A DNA stretch of 64,000 nucleotides, taken from Macrostomum lignano (Eukaryota). The position numbers were made by a program, and so were the translations under genes. The stretch lies in NCBI GenBank assembly GCA_002269645.1, contig NIVC01003512.1, positions 30,256-94,255 on the forward strand, read 5' to 3'. The notes beneath the pieces were generated by a model that saw only the letters and a list, made by a program, of their open reading frames with translations, did not search any database and was not told the DNA's origin. Below, piece by piece: positions 51,362-64,000 of this stretch (positions within the stretch are counted from its first letter, which is position 1; every line of letters starts with the position of its first letter).

Positions 51362-52200
51362 TCACTCTCAGCCCCATGCCACACTCTCAGCCCCATTCCA
51401 CACACTCTCAGTCCCATGCCACACTCTCAGCCCCATGCCACACACACTCTCAGTCCCATTCCACACACTCTCAGTCCCATGCCACACTCTCAGCCCCATG
51501 CCACACACACTCTCAGCCCCATTCCACACACTCTCAGTCCCATGCCACACTCTCAGCCCCATTCCACACACACTCTCAGTCCCATGCCACACTCTCAGCC
51601 CCATTCCACACACACTCTCAGCCCCATGCCACACTCTCAGCCCCATGCCACACACACTCTCAGTCCCATGCCACACTCTCAGCCCCATTCCACACACACT
51701 CTCAGCCCCATGCCACACTCTCAGCCCCATGCCACACTCTCAGCCCCATGCCACACTCTCAGCCCCATGCCACACACACTCTCAGCTCCATGCCACACTC
51801 TCAGCCCCATGCCACACACACTCTCAGCTCCATGCCACACTCTCAGCCCCATGCCACACACACTCTCAGCCCCATGCCACACACTCTCAGCCCCATGCCA
51901 CACACTCTCAGCCCCATGCCACACACTCTCAGCCCCATGCCACACACACTCTCAGCCCCATGCCACACACACTCTCAGCCCCATGCCAAACACACTCTCA
52001 GTCCCATGCCACACACACTCTCAGCCCCATTCCACACACACTCTCAGTCCCATTCCACACACACTCTCAGTCCCATGCCACACACACTCTCAGCCCCATG
52101 CCAAACACACTCTCAGCCCCATGCCACACTCTCAGTCCCATGCCACACTCTCAGCCCCATGCCACACTCTCAGCCCCATGCCACACTCTCAGCCCATGCC
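51362..52200. repeat. 19-25-bp variable minisatellite
   Basis: Unit cacactctcagccccatgc with a variable number of (ca). Confidence 0.92.
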
Positions 52201-53013
52201 AAACATGGCAAGGTAAAAGAAAAGACAAAAGAACATTGCCAGATGCATGCAAGGCGGTACATTTTGCTTTAATTTTAAGCCTATTGTAAACCAAGCACTT
52301 TTCGTTTCGTTTTTAATTTATAGAACAATAAAAAATTTAGAATTTCAAAATAGCCGAATAGCTCAAAAGGTGTGAAAACTGCAAAATCGAAGTTTGCATT
52401 AGATAGAAAAGAAAAGTGAATTGTTTTTTCATTCGGTTGCTGGATAAGGACAGCTGGAGTTTTGCATAGGATGAGTTTTAAAAAAAACAATCTGAGCAGA
52501 AATGACAAGCTAATCGATGGCTTTAGAGAAATTCATTATTATTGGCCAGCTGATTGGATTGGCTTGCGCCTGGGGTATCCCAGTGTTGATGCTATTTTTA
52601 GCTATTTATATAAATTGACGGTGTCCTTATTGGCTAGAAAAAAATGGTGAGCACATGGGAATTCCTACTAAAGCTATTAATAGAAACAAAACCCGCCACA
52701 GGAATCCCTACTGAAGCTATTAATAGCAACAAAATCCGTAACGGCAAAGCCTTGGCTTTAGTTTAAAAAACAGCAGCACCACCTGAAAACGACGATATCA
52801 ATAAATAGTAAGGAAAATAGTTTTTTGCATGATTAATAAACAATTTTGCGAGCGAACCGGGGATAACTTATAGTAATAATATTAAAATTTGAGTGCAATA
52901 GAAAACACGTATTGGAATCGGGTGCCGAAATTCTTGGTTAAATTTGCCATTTTTATTGAGTTCAATGTTGAAAATCTGCGACAAAATTATTTATCAAATT
53001 CCATGACAAATCC

Positions 53014-56000
53014 TTAAATCAGCGGCTCCTCACGCCGGCGCATCTCAACCATGTCGTTGGCGCGGTAGCGCAGGCTGGCGCGGAAAGCGGCAGCCGACGA
53101 CTTCGGGCACAGGCCGATGGTCTAGAATGGCCGGAGAAGGCTTAGGCTTGAATAAACAGCGCAGCGATTTGCTTTCCGTGTTATAAGTTGGAGAGTTGAG
53201 GGGCAGGAAGGGACGGGAGTGAGGTGGGTGACTGGCTGGAGAGTTGAGGGGAAGGAAGGGACGGGAGTGAGGTGGGTGACTGGCTGGAGAGTTGAGGGGC
53301 AGGAAGGGACGGGAGTGAGGTGGGTGACTGGCTGGAGAGTTGAGGGGAAGGAAGGGACGGGAGTGAGGTGGGTGACTGGCTGGAGAGTTGAGGGGCAGGA
53401 AGGGACGGGAGTGAGGTGGGTGACTGGCTGGAGAGCTGAGGGGCAGGAAGGGACGGGAGTGAGCAGGGCAGGATGAGGGGCAGCAGGGACGGGAGTGAGC
53501 AGCGAGGCTAACTGAGTCGAACACACAAACCGCAGCGCACCTGGCAGATCTGTTTCGGATCAACGTCCTGCATGAGCAGCTGGATGATGTAGGGCGTGTA
53601 CTGCTCGATGAAGGAGCGGCAGGCCGATTGCTCCTGTGTTGGCATGAAGTTGCACACCTTCTCCAGCACGTCCATCACCTCCTTCTCGGTGGCATTTTCC
53701 TTCAGCAGCGACTTCACGTAGAGAATGACAGTCTGGCAGATGTCACAGCCGGTGGTCGAGGCGAGCACGGTGGAGGAACTGAGCAGACGCTCAGAGTCGC
53801 CGGCGCAGAGGCCCATGACGCTGCAGACCATGGCCGGGTTGAGGTCCTGGCTGAGCAGCTGCAGCACGATCGGGGTGTACTGCCGCACCCAGGCGTCGCA
53901 GTCGGTTCTAAGGGTCTGCGGCATGATGGAGCAGACAGACTCCAGCGCGGACTGGATGGCCTCCTCGGTGCGGTTGCTGCCCAGCATCTGGTCCAGCTCC
54001 CGGATGATGTACTCGCACAGCACGCACTGCGGCCCGATGCGGGCGCGCCTCGGGGCGGCGGTACTGTCGGTTTTGCCGCAGGCGCCCAACGCCTGGCAGA
54101 CGGTGTTAGGATCGAGCTCAGAGGCCAGCAGCTGGAAGATAATTGGCCCGTACTCGGTGACCGCCCTGATGCACTGGAAGGCAGCAGAAGAAATTTTAGG
54201 ATCTGATATAATCAAGGAGATCTTCGCCGTAAATCTAGCATTGAAACCATCGATTCGAGGATTGGAAACAAATACTGTGCGATCGCTACTTGTAGTAGCA
54301 AAATTGACTATTTACGCTCGTAATATTTTTTATAATTGATAATTTTATTACAACTGCGATTCGGTATCATTTAAGAGCTGAAATTTGGTGCCATTCAAAG
54401 GTGAAATTAGGCATAACTTAGAGGCGAAATTATAAATCATTTAGAGGTGAAATTAGATATAATTCAGAGCTGAGATTCGGGATCAATCAGAGCAGAGATT
54501 CGGGATCAATCAGAGCAGAGATTCGGGATCAATCAGAGCTAAGATTCGGGATCATTCAGAGCAGAGATTCGGGATCATTCAGAGCTGAGATTCGGGATCA
54601 ATCAGAGCTGAGATTCGGGATCAATCAGAGCAGAGATTCGGGATCAATCAGAGCAGAGATTCGGGATCATTCAGAGCTGAGATTCGGGATCATTCAGAGC
54701 AGAGATTCGGGATCATTCAGAGCTGAGATTCGGGATCATTCAGAGCTGAGATTCGGGATCAACCAGAGCTGAGATTCGGGATCAATCAGAGCTGATATTC
54801 GGGATCATTCAGAGCTGAGATTCGGGATCAACCAGAGCTGAGATTCGGGATCAATCAGAGCTGAGATTCGGGATCAATCAGAGCAGAGATTCGGGATCAT
54901 TCAGAGCTGAGATTCGGGATCATTCAGAGCAGAGATTCGGGATCATTCAGAGCTGAGACTCGGGATCATTCAGAGCTGAGATTCGGGATCATTCAGAGCT
55001 GAGATTCGGGATCAACCAGAGCTGAGATTCGGGATCAATCAGAGCTGATATTCGGGATCATTCAGAGCTGAGATTCGGGATCAACCAGAGCTGAGATTCG
55101 GGATCAATCAGAGCTGAGATTCGGGATCAATTAGAGCAGAGATTCGGGATCATTCAGAGCTGAGATTCGGGATCATTCAGAGCAGAGATTCGGGATCATT
55201 CAGAGCTGAGATTCGGGATCATTCAGAGCTGAGATTCGGGATCATTCAGAGCTAAGATGCGGGATCATTCAGAGCTAAGATGCGGGATCATTCAGAGCTA
55301 AGATTCGGGATCATTCAGAGCTAAGATTCGGGATCATTCAGAGCTGAGATTCGGGATCATTCAGAGCTGAGATTCAGGATCAATCAGAGCAGAGATTCGG
55401 GATCAACCAGAGCTGAGATTCGGGATCAATCAGAGCTGAGATTCGGGATCATTCAGAGCTAAGATGCGGGATCATTCAGAGCTAAGATTCGGGATCATTC
55501 AGAGCCGATATTCGGGATCATTCAGAGCCGATATTCGGGATCAATCAGAGCAGAGATTCGGGATCAATCAGAGCAGAGATTCGGGATCATTCAGAGCTAA
55601 GATTCGGGATCATTCAGAGCAGAGATTCGGGATCATTCAGAGCTGAGATTCGGGATCATTCAGAGCTGAGATTCGGGATCATTCAGAGCTAAGATGCGGG
55701 ATCATTCAGAGCTAAGATGCGGGATCATTCAGAGCTGAGATTCGGGATCAATCAGAGCTGAGATTCGGGATCAATCAGAGCTGATATTCGGGATCATTCA
55801 GAGCTGAGATTCGGGATCAACCAGAGCTGAGATTCGGGATCAATCAGAGCAGAGATTCGGGATCATTCAGAGCTAAGATTCGGGATCAATCAGAGATGAG
55901 ATTCGGGATCAATCAGAGCTGAGATTCGGGATCATTCAGAGCTGAGATTCGGGATCATTCAGAGCTGAGATTCGGGATCAATCAGAGCTGAGATTCGGGA

Positions 56001-59000
56001 TCAATCAGAGCTGATATTCGGGATCAATCAGAGATGAGATTCGGGATCAACCAGAGCTGAGATTCGGGATCATTCAGAGCTGAGATTCGGGATCAATCAG
56101 AGCTGAGATTCGGGATCAATCAGAGCAGAGATTCGGGATCAATCAGAGCTGAGATTCGGGATCAATCAGAGCAGAGATTCGGGATCATTCAGAGCTAAGA
56201 TTCGGGATCAACCAGAGCTGAGATTCGGGATCAATCAGAGCAGAGATTCGGGATCAATCAGAGCTGAGATTTGGGATCAATCAGAGCTGAGATTCGGGAT
56301 CAATCAGAGCTGAGATTCGGGATCAATCAGAGCTGAGATTCGGGATCAATCAGAGATGAGATTCGGGATCAACCAGAGCTGAGATTCGGGATCAATCAGA
56401 GCAGAGATTCGGGATCAATCAGAGCTGAGATTCGGGATCAATCAGAGCTGAGATTCGGGATCAACCAGAGCTGAGATTCGGGATCAATCAGAGCTGAGAT
56501 TCGGGATCAATCAGAGCTGAGATTCGGGATCAATCAGAGCTGAGATTCGGGATCATTCAGAGCTGAGATTCGGGATCAATCAGAGCTGAGATTCGGGATC
56601 AATCAGAGCTGAGATTCGGGATCATTCAGAGCCGATATTCTGAACTCCGAGTCGCTCACCTTGTCCTTCTCGGCGGGCACGAGATTGCAGACGCGGTTCT
56701 TGACGAATTCGATGATCTCCTCTTGAGTCCGATTGTCGCGGATCATCTGCCGCGCCTCGGACACGAGCATCTCGCACACCTGGCATTCGACGTCCTTCAG
56801 CGGCTTCTGGGCGGTGCGCTTGATGAATTAGAAAATTAAATTTTGTAAATAAATATTTTAGTATATATTATATCGTTCATTTAACAAACTGATGCTAATT
56901 ATTAAACCTCGCTAGTTCTGGCAACCAGGGCTCACAAGTCAAGTGGGTAATGTTTATGCTATCAGCACTGACCTGGAGCAGCATCAGCTGCATCAACGGA
57001 TGAGGCTGCAGTTTTCCGTTGGCGGCGGCTGCTGACTGACAAAATTTGATGCTAGTGCAAATCTGCTTCGGCTCCTGGTCAGGTGAGAGTGGAGATGAAA
57101 CTGCAGATTAGTTATTTATTTACTTCGTGGCAATAAACAGAGCTTTGCGAAAATGGGACCAGCATCACCGATATTCGAAATAGCGTTTATCATCAGGCCT
57201 TGATAGTCTCTCTGGGTTGAAAATCAAGCACCTGTCGCCATCTTTTTAAAAGCCTTACAAACATTGATTTCAACCTCATTTAGCTACCAGAGGCCTCACA
57301 AACTTGACATTTAGCTACCAGAGACCTCACAAACTTGACATCTAGCTACCAGAGGCCTCACAAACTTGACATTTAGCTACCAGAGACCTCACAAACTTGA
57401 CATCTAGCTACCAGAGGCCTCACAAACTTCATCTAGCTATCAGAGGCCTCACAAACTTGACATCTAGCTACCAGAGGCCTCACAAACTTGACATCTACTC
57501 GTAGCTACCAGAGGCCTCACAAACTTCATCCAGCTACCAGAGGCCTCATAAACTTGACATCTAGCTACCAGAGGCCTCACAAACTTGACATCTAGCTACC
57601 AGAGGCCTCACAAACTTGACATTTAGCTACCAGAGACCTCACAAACTTGACATCTAGCTACCAGAGGCCTCACAAACTTCATCTAGCTATCAGAGGCCTC
57701 ACAAACTTGACATCTAGCTACCAGAGGCCTCACAAACTTGACATCTACTCGTAGCTACCAGAGGCCTCACAAACTTCATCCAGCTACCAGAGGCCTCACA
57801 AACTATATCTAGCTACCAGAGGCCTCATAAACTTCATCTAGCTACCAGAGGCCTCACAAACTATGTCTAGCTACCAGAGGCCTCACAAACTTGACATCTA
57901 GCTACCAGAGGCCTCACAAACTTTATCTAGCTACCAGAGGCCTCACAAACTTGACATCTAGCTACCAGAGTCTTTTGATACCAAATTGCCTTTAACCGTC
58001 ACTTTTATATAGCGCAAATCTTCCACCAATCGTTCGAACTCACAATTTTGGCGGCCAGCGAGCGCATCACCTCAGGCAGGTAGGTGTCAACCCACATGTT
58101 GCACAGAGACTGCGAGCCGCCCAGCCGGGCACAAACTTCCGTCTTCATCGCCTGGGCAACCTCCGCAATGGTGGACTGTCGCTGGGCCGCCTGCTTCACG
58201 GCACCCACCAGTTCAACGCAGAGGTCGCAGAATTCGCCGCTGAGGCGGGTGGCAGACGCGGCCAGGTTGGGTCGACGAGCCGGGGCTTCGGGCACGACGG
58301 GCTCGCCGCGCAGCAGCAGCGGAGTCTCAGCGGCAGCGGCTGTCAGCCGAGGATCCCGACGGCCGGTACCGCACAGGCTGAGCGCCGGGCAGAGCCGGTC
58401 GGCTGGCAGGCCGTCGCGGAACAGGGCAACGATCTCCGGCATGTAGTTGCTGACAATTGCCAAGCAGATGGAGCGGTGGCGCGGCTCTGGCACAAGGCCG
58501 CAGGCGGAGGCGGCCAGACGCTGCGTCTCGGCTGGCGAGGCCGTCCGGTTGCTCAGCGTCAGGCGCTGCAGATCGCTGGCCAGCAGGCGGCAGAAGCCGC
58601 AGTCTCCATTGGCGTCAGACAGGCTGCCACTGCCGCCTCGCTGGCCACTGGATGGGGCGGCAGCTGTGCGCCAAATGCGGCCGCAGTAACCAACAGAGCT
58701 GCATTCTTTCACAGTGCCCAGGTGGGTGCACCAGTAGCTGGGGCCCCAGGTGCACCGGTTTTGGCCTAGGAGGATTGCTAAATTTAAAAGGATAGAAAAA
58801 AGAGGAGAGTGAGAATTAGTAGTGAAATTGACACTTGAAAGTTGGCATTTGATGCAGTTGTACCATATAGAACCTTGATTTGTATTTTTAAAACCAATTC
58901 TAAATAATACTACAAATTTAGTGATTTTTTAAGATTTCAAGGCTTATGGGACATTGCTAAGATGTCAAGGGGGTTGATATGCTAAGGCTTGTGGGGGGAT

Positions 59001-59699
59001 TTTCTGACATGTCAAGGCTTACAATGTATAACTTGTACTGCATTTTTTTGGCTCCCCAACAGGCGCTGATTGCTAGTATGCTACTAATCATATAATTTAT
59101 TCTTATTATTTGCACATGACCAAGATGGCCACATACCATGATGGCCACAGCTCTAAATGTCTAAATAGATAATTATAAGCCTTGGTCTATATATTTCATT
59201 TATTTCCTATTGGTAGTAATTTGTATTAGATATAGATCAAAAAGTCTTAAAGAGATAGATGCTATTATAATAAAATTATTACATTATAAATATTCCCTTT
59301 GGCTTAAGCTTTTATTGTAGCCTGATCTATAGATATTTATCCATTAAATAAAGCAAGTAGCCTAGGCTTTAGGCCCTAGCACAAAATAAATACCTTGTTG
59401 CATATTGATTACATTTTTGCATAGCATTTTTTATGAATATGATTGATTAAACATGATTAATATAATAATTACCATTAGGTTGCAAATTAATAGGCCCTAG
59501 TATATACAGAGTAAATAATAATAGAGATTCAATTTTGCAGTCATCTTGGTATGTGGCCATCTTGGCCTTAAACCAATAATGGTAATGATCAACGATCAAC
59601 AGCACACATCAAGTTTGAGAATTTGAAAAATTAGTAAAAATTACCTGCTGTTGACTCCACAGCGAGTATCAAAAGACCTAATGAGAACAACACTCGCAT
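53014..59699 (-). CDS. PSAP: Prosaposin-like protein (signal peptide, SapA, five SapB domains)
   Basis: Exons 59699-59645 (MRVLFSLGLLILAVESTA), 58777-58044, 57074-56973, 56818-56660, 54173-53541, 53121-53014. SapA is CTWGPSYWC...C...C. Five SapB units have CxxC...C...C...DP..IC..L.LC spacing. All junctions are phase-consistent. Confidence 0.9.
53190..53505. repeat. 48-bp purine-rich minisatellite
   Basis: Unit ggagagttgaggggcaggaagggacgggagtgaggtgggtgactggct. Confidence 0.92.
54440..56640. repeat. 23-bp minisatellite (about 95 units)
   Basis: Unit gagattcgggatca(a/t)tcagagct. Confidence 0.97.
57281..57970. repeat. 31-bp minisatellite
   Basis: Unit tagctaccagaggcctcacaaacttgacatc. Confidence 0.95.
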
Positions 59700-59833
59700 T
59701 GCAAACAAAAGAAGTTGAAGTTTTCACAGATAAAATGTTAATGCAATTGAATAACCTGGTGGTGAAATAGAAATTAAAGTGTAAAAATTCCACTTTTACG
59801 AACAATTTAAAGTGGGTGATAGGTAACAGAATT

Positions 59834-59842
59834 GTCACGTGA
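59834..59842. promoter_or_regulatory. CLEAR/MiT-TFE-like E-box upstream of the prosaposin start codon
   Basis: GTCACGTGA about 135 bp upstream of the ATG at 59699; motif match only. Confidence 0.3.
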
Positions 59843-60702
59843 TAAAATATGTTAACATATGAAACTTGTAGTTTTTAATTGAATAGTTGTAGTCGAATAA
59901 TTTGACTATTCCTTCACTAAATACCGTTTTCGAACTTAGATTTAGGAATATTCGAAGAGAATTTGTTGTACTCTTAAAAATGCAAAATCAAAACCGTCGA
60001 CATTATAAATACTTAATTGCTCTTGTACATGTTGATGGATGTAGTAAATAATATGAGAGTCGTTTAGTATAGTGAATTTTTGTTTTTGTATTCTTTAAAT
60101 TTTTCTAGGGGGATTAATATAGTATAGCTCAATGATATTTTAAAGCCAAAGAAAACGACACTGCGGCAAATACTTCCCGTTGCACTTGGAGATGGGAATC
60201 GGTCCAAAGGGAGTGGAAAATATGTACTGTGGAAAATGATGACTATTTGTACTGATTCTTTATCTAGATTACAGCAATGACTTTCAGTTAAGTACACGAG
60301 ACTTCCACCACAATTCTCCTCGCCTGTTCATGCAGGCCCTTCGACTACTCACCCCCATCTGATCCCATTCCGGAAAGGCTTGCCACCTCTACTTACCGTT
60401 CAGTTTGCATGTTTGACTAGCTTCGATATCTTTTTAACTTTCTTCTTGCTAACATTTCTATCTCACTCTCTCCCCAGAAAATCAGGGGTGATAGAAGAGT
60501 GATACGTGTAGACTATGGAAAGGATAGAAAGTATACTGTGGCAGCTCATGAGACTACGGTTATTGTCAGTCCATCTGTTTCTCGAGCTGGACTAGCATTC
60601 AGCAAAAACGAGTACAGACATCGAGTCTAACAAGCTACATCTGATCAAATTAGCAGAGAGCTACCAATAGGGACTATCTGTAGTATAGGGACTATAGGGA
60701 CA

Positions 60703-60749
60703 TACAGACAGACAGACATACAGACAGACAGAGACAGACAGACAAACAG

Positions 60750-60797
<48 letters not shown>

Positions 60798-60822
60798 CTA
60801 AGACAGACAGGCAGACAGGCAA
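60703..60822. repeat. (GACA)n microsatellite
   Basis: cagacagac tract. Confidence 0.92.
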
Positions 60823-61299
60823 ACAAACTCATAATTAAATTATTGCAACAATTACGAGTGCTCGTAATATACGAGCTAGCCTGTAGTAGTTGAAAGCGAA
60901 GTACATTTTGAGGCAACTTCTCTCAGTCCCGCCATTATTGATTTTATTTACGCCTAAATTGCAATTATCCTACACGCAGAAAACATTCGTCAGCAGTTAC
61001 GCGTTATTGCAGTCAGAGGAAAAGCGTGCGAATACAGAAGTCCACTGCGAGCTGCAGACTAAAATAATAAATGGATAGCAAATTTAAAATATGGCTGGCA
61101 CATTCGCTGATCGATAGCATTTCGAATAGTTTTCGAGAAAAAGAAAGAAAAATGTTTTAAATCCGGTTAATAAATCGAATTTCTAGAAGCTTCTCTAGTG
61201 GAAATTTCGCTAAGCTGAGGAGTGCAGCGAACTGAAAGATTCGATTCCGAGTACATCGAGTAAATGAACGAACAGAGGTGCACTGGATTGGAATTGTGT

Positions 61300-62416
61300 C
61301 ATTGTTGATTGGGGGTGTCATATTTGATTGGGCGGTGTCATATTTGATTGGAGGGTGTCATATTTGATTGGGAGGGTGTCATATTTGATTGGAGGGTGTC
61401 ATATTTGATTGGAGGGGTGTCATATTTGATTGGAGGTGTCATATTTGATTGGAGGGTGTCATATTTGATTGGAGGGTGTCATATTTGGTTGGAGGGTGTC
61501 ATTTGATTGGAGGGTGTCATATTTGATTGGAGGGTGTCATATTTGATTGAGGGTGTCATATTTGATTGGAGGGTCTCATATTTGATTGGAGGGTGTCATA
61601 TTTGATTGTAGGGTGTTAGCTTTGATTGGAGGGTGTCATAATTGTTTGGAGGGTGAGTTTTTTTATTAGAGTGTCACTTTTGATTGGAAGGTTATCCTAT
61701 ATGATTGGAGGGTGTCATATTTGATTGAAGGGAGTCATACTTGGTTGGAGGGTGTCATATTTTATTGTAGGGTGTCATATTTGATTGTAGGGTGTCATAT
61801 TTGATTGTAGGGTGTCATATTTGATTGGAGGGTGTCATATTTAATTGGAGGGTGTCATATTTGATTGGAGGGTGTCATATTTGATTGGAGGGTGTCATAT
61901 TTGGTTGAAGGGAGTCATACTTGGTTGGAGGGTGTCATATTTGATTGTAGGTGTCATATTTGATTGGAGGGTGTCATATTTGATTGTAGGGTGTCATATT
62001 TGATTGTAGGGTGTCATATTTGATTGGAGGGTGTCATATTTGATTGGAGGGTGTCATATTGATTGGGGGGTGTCATATTTGATTGGAGGGTGTCATATTT
62101 GATTGGAGGGTGTCATATTTGATTGGAGGGTATCATATTGATTGGAGGGTGTCATATTTGATTGAAGGGAGTCATTTTTGGTTGGAGGGTGTTAGCTTTG
62201 ATTGGAGGGTGTCAAATTTGATTGGAGGGTGTCATTGTTGATTGGGGGGTGTCAGATTTGATTGGAGGGTGTCATTGTTGATTGGGGGGTGTCATATTTG
62301 ATTGGAGGAGTCATATTTGGTTGGAGGGTGTCATATTTGATTGGAGGGTGTCATTGTTGATTGGGGGGTGTCATATTTGATTGGAGGAGTCATATTTGGT
62401 TGAGGGTGTCATATTT
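61300..62416. repeat. 20-bp minisatellite with frequent indels
   Basis: Unit atatttgattggagggtgtc. Confidence 0.93.
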
Positions 62417-62508
62417 GAACCTCATGAGAGCGCAATCTCTTGTTTAGTTTTATTGCTAGAAATCTACAAGAATTATTCCGATCGGTAGCAGAAACCGGCT
62501 GACGAGTC

Positions 62509-63122
62509 TCAGTAGATGTCGGGGCCACCCGCCCAGTCCCTGGCCAGTAGTCTCCCGTAAACATCCAGTCGGCCTCCCATCCGGTGTGGCGGTTCCGCCC
62601 CGGCCGGAACCAGACCCCGCCCGAGCTGTTGCGCCTCAGTGCTTGGCGTTGCTTCTCCTCCAGGCGCGACTTCTCAGCCTGCGCAAGCGCCAGGTCGCCG
62701 AGCTCCAGCGCGCGCACGTCGGCCTCCGCCTGGTGTCCGTGGCGCGGCAGGCGCGCCAGCAGCTCCGCGTCTGAGTTGTCGTTAAGCGCAAAGTGAAACG
62801 CGTGAAGGAGAAATAGCGCCGGCTGTCGGCGGGCCGCGGCGCCCGGCCGCCATAGGAGCGCCTGGCGGGATGCTCAGATCGGCTAGGGTGCTCGCACCGC
62901 TCTCTTCGTCTCCTTCTCGGTCCTCGCAATTGTCAGGTCCGGCTGTTGAACTGGTCGGCTCCGAGTTGGTGCTCTGCTCCTGCTGCATCGGTAGCTCGAC
63001 GCTGAAGGACTTCCAACGCGGCCTGCCATCGCCTGAGCCGACGGCTCCGATGCGACAGCTCGGAAATCCGCTTCCTGCCGCTGCCGCCCTTCTTGTGCCG
63101 CTTCCAGGTGTCCATAGGGAGA
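62509..63122 (-). pseudogene. Terminal exon of an ORP1/ORP2-like oxysterol-binding protein, broken by several frameshifts (pseudogene or sequence errors)
   Basis: Motifs are scattered over different frames: PRPADSRRYFSFTRF, ALND, TDTRRRP, DVRALELGDLALAQAEKSRLEEKQR, WF, DWMFTGDYW, RDWAGGPDIY-stop. Acceptor cgcag at 63123-63127. Confidence 0.75.
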
Positions 63123-63147
63123 CTGCGGGTGCATTTGCGCATTTGGG

Positions 63148-63179
63148 TGAGAGTTAGTTAGTTAGTTAGTTAGTTAGTG

Positions 63180-63217
<38 letters not shown>

Positions 63218-63245
63218 AGTTAGTTAGTTAGTTCAGTTAGTTAGT

Positions 63246-63277
<32 letters not shown>

Positions 63278-63299
63278 CAGTTAGTTAGTTAGTTAGTTC

Positions 63300-63376
<77 letters not shown>

Positions 63377-63387
63377 ATTAGTTAGTC

Positions 63388-63455
<68 letters not shown>

Positions 63456-63591
63456 CAGTTAGTTAGTCAGTTAGTTAGTTAGTTAGTTAGTTTATTAGTT
63501 AGTTAGTTAGTTAGTTAGTTAGTTGGTTAGTTCAGTTAGTTAGTTAGTTAGTTAGTTGTTAGTTTAGTTAGTTATGTTAGTTAGTTAGTTA

Positions 63592-63656
<65 letters not shown>

Positions 63657-63706
63657 AGTTAGTTATAGTTAGTTAGTTAGTTAGTTAGTTAGGTTAGCTT
63701 AGTTAG

Positions 63707-63738
<32 letters not shown>

Positions 63739-63782
63739 AGTTAGTTAGTTAGTTAGTAGTTAGCTTAGTTAGTTTATAGTTG

Positions 63783-63833
<51 letters not shown>

Positions 63834-63852
63834 AGTTAGTCATTAGTTAGTC

Positions 63853-63897
<45 letters not shown>

Positions 63898-64000
63898 ATT
63901 AGTTAGTTGTTAGTTAGTTAGTTAGTTAGTCAGTTAGTCAGTTAATTAGTTTAGCTAGTTAGTTAGTTAGTTAGTCAGTTAGTCAGTTAATTAGTTAGCT
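63148..64000. repeat. (TTAG)n microsatellite, imperfect
   Basis: agttagtt tract running to the window end. Confidence 0.97.

Noticed and set aside
63148-64000. Telomeric repeat
   Set aside because: Unit is TTAG rather than TTAGGG/TTAGG, and it lies directly upstream of a splice acceptor, so it is intronic.

Overview
Eukaryotic (animal) genomic DNA, not prokaryotic. GC-rich exons are separated by GT-AG introns packed with unrelated minisatellites; the style suggests a free-living flatworm such as Macrostomum, but that is inference only. Hand-splicing gives five multi-exon genes, all on the minus strand: (1) an RP1-like DCX-DCX-PLAT-PLAT gene running off the left edge; (2) an HR96/DAF-12-like (NR1J) nuclear receptor; (3) a PDF-receptor-like class B GPCR; (4) a prosaposin-like gene (signal peptide, SapA, 5 SapB); (5) the frameshifted last exon of an ORP1/2-like oxysterol-binding protein. 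One intronless plus-strand gene (secreted EGF + 2x fibronectin type II) is nested antisense in an intron of gene 1. Mobile DNA includes a Penelope-like retroelement 3' fragment with a minimal hammerhead ribozyme, two tRNA-derived SINE families (one CORE-type), LINE 3' fragments and several MITE/TIR elements. Most long ORFs in the supplied track are artefacts of tandem repeats. There is no CRISPR array, rRNA or intact tRNA. Best leads: the hammerhead-bearing Penelope element, the nested EGF-FN2 gene, minisatellites that begin at splice donors, and E-box arrays in the PDF-receptor locus. Exon boundaries were read by eye and are unverified by RNA data.
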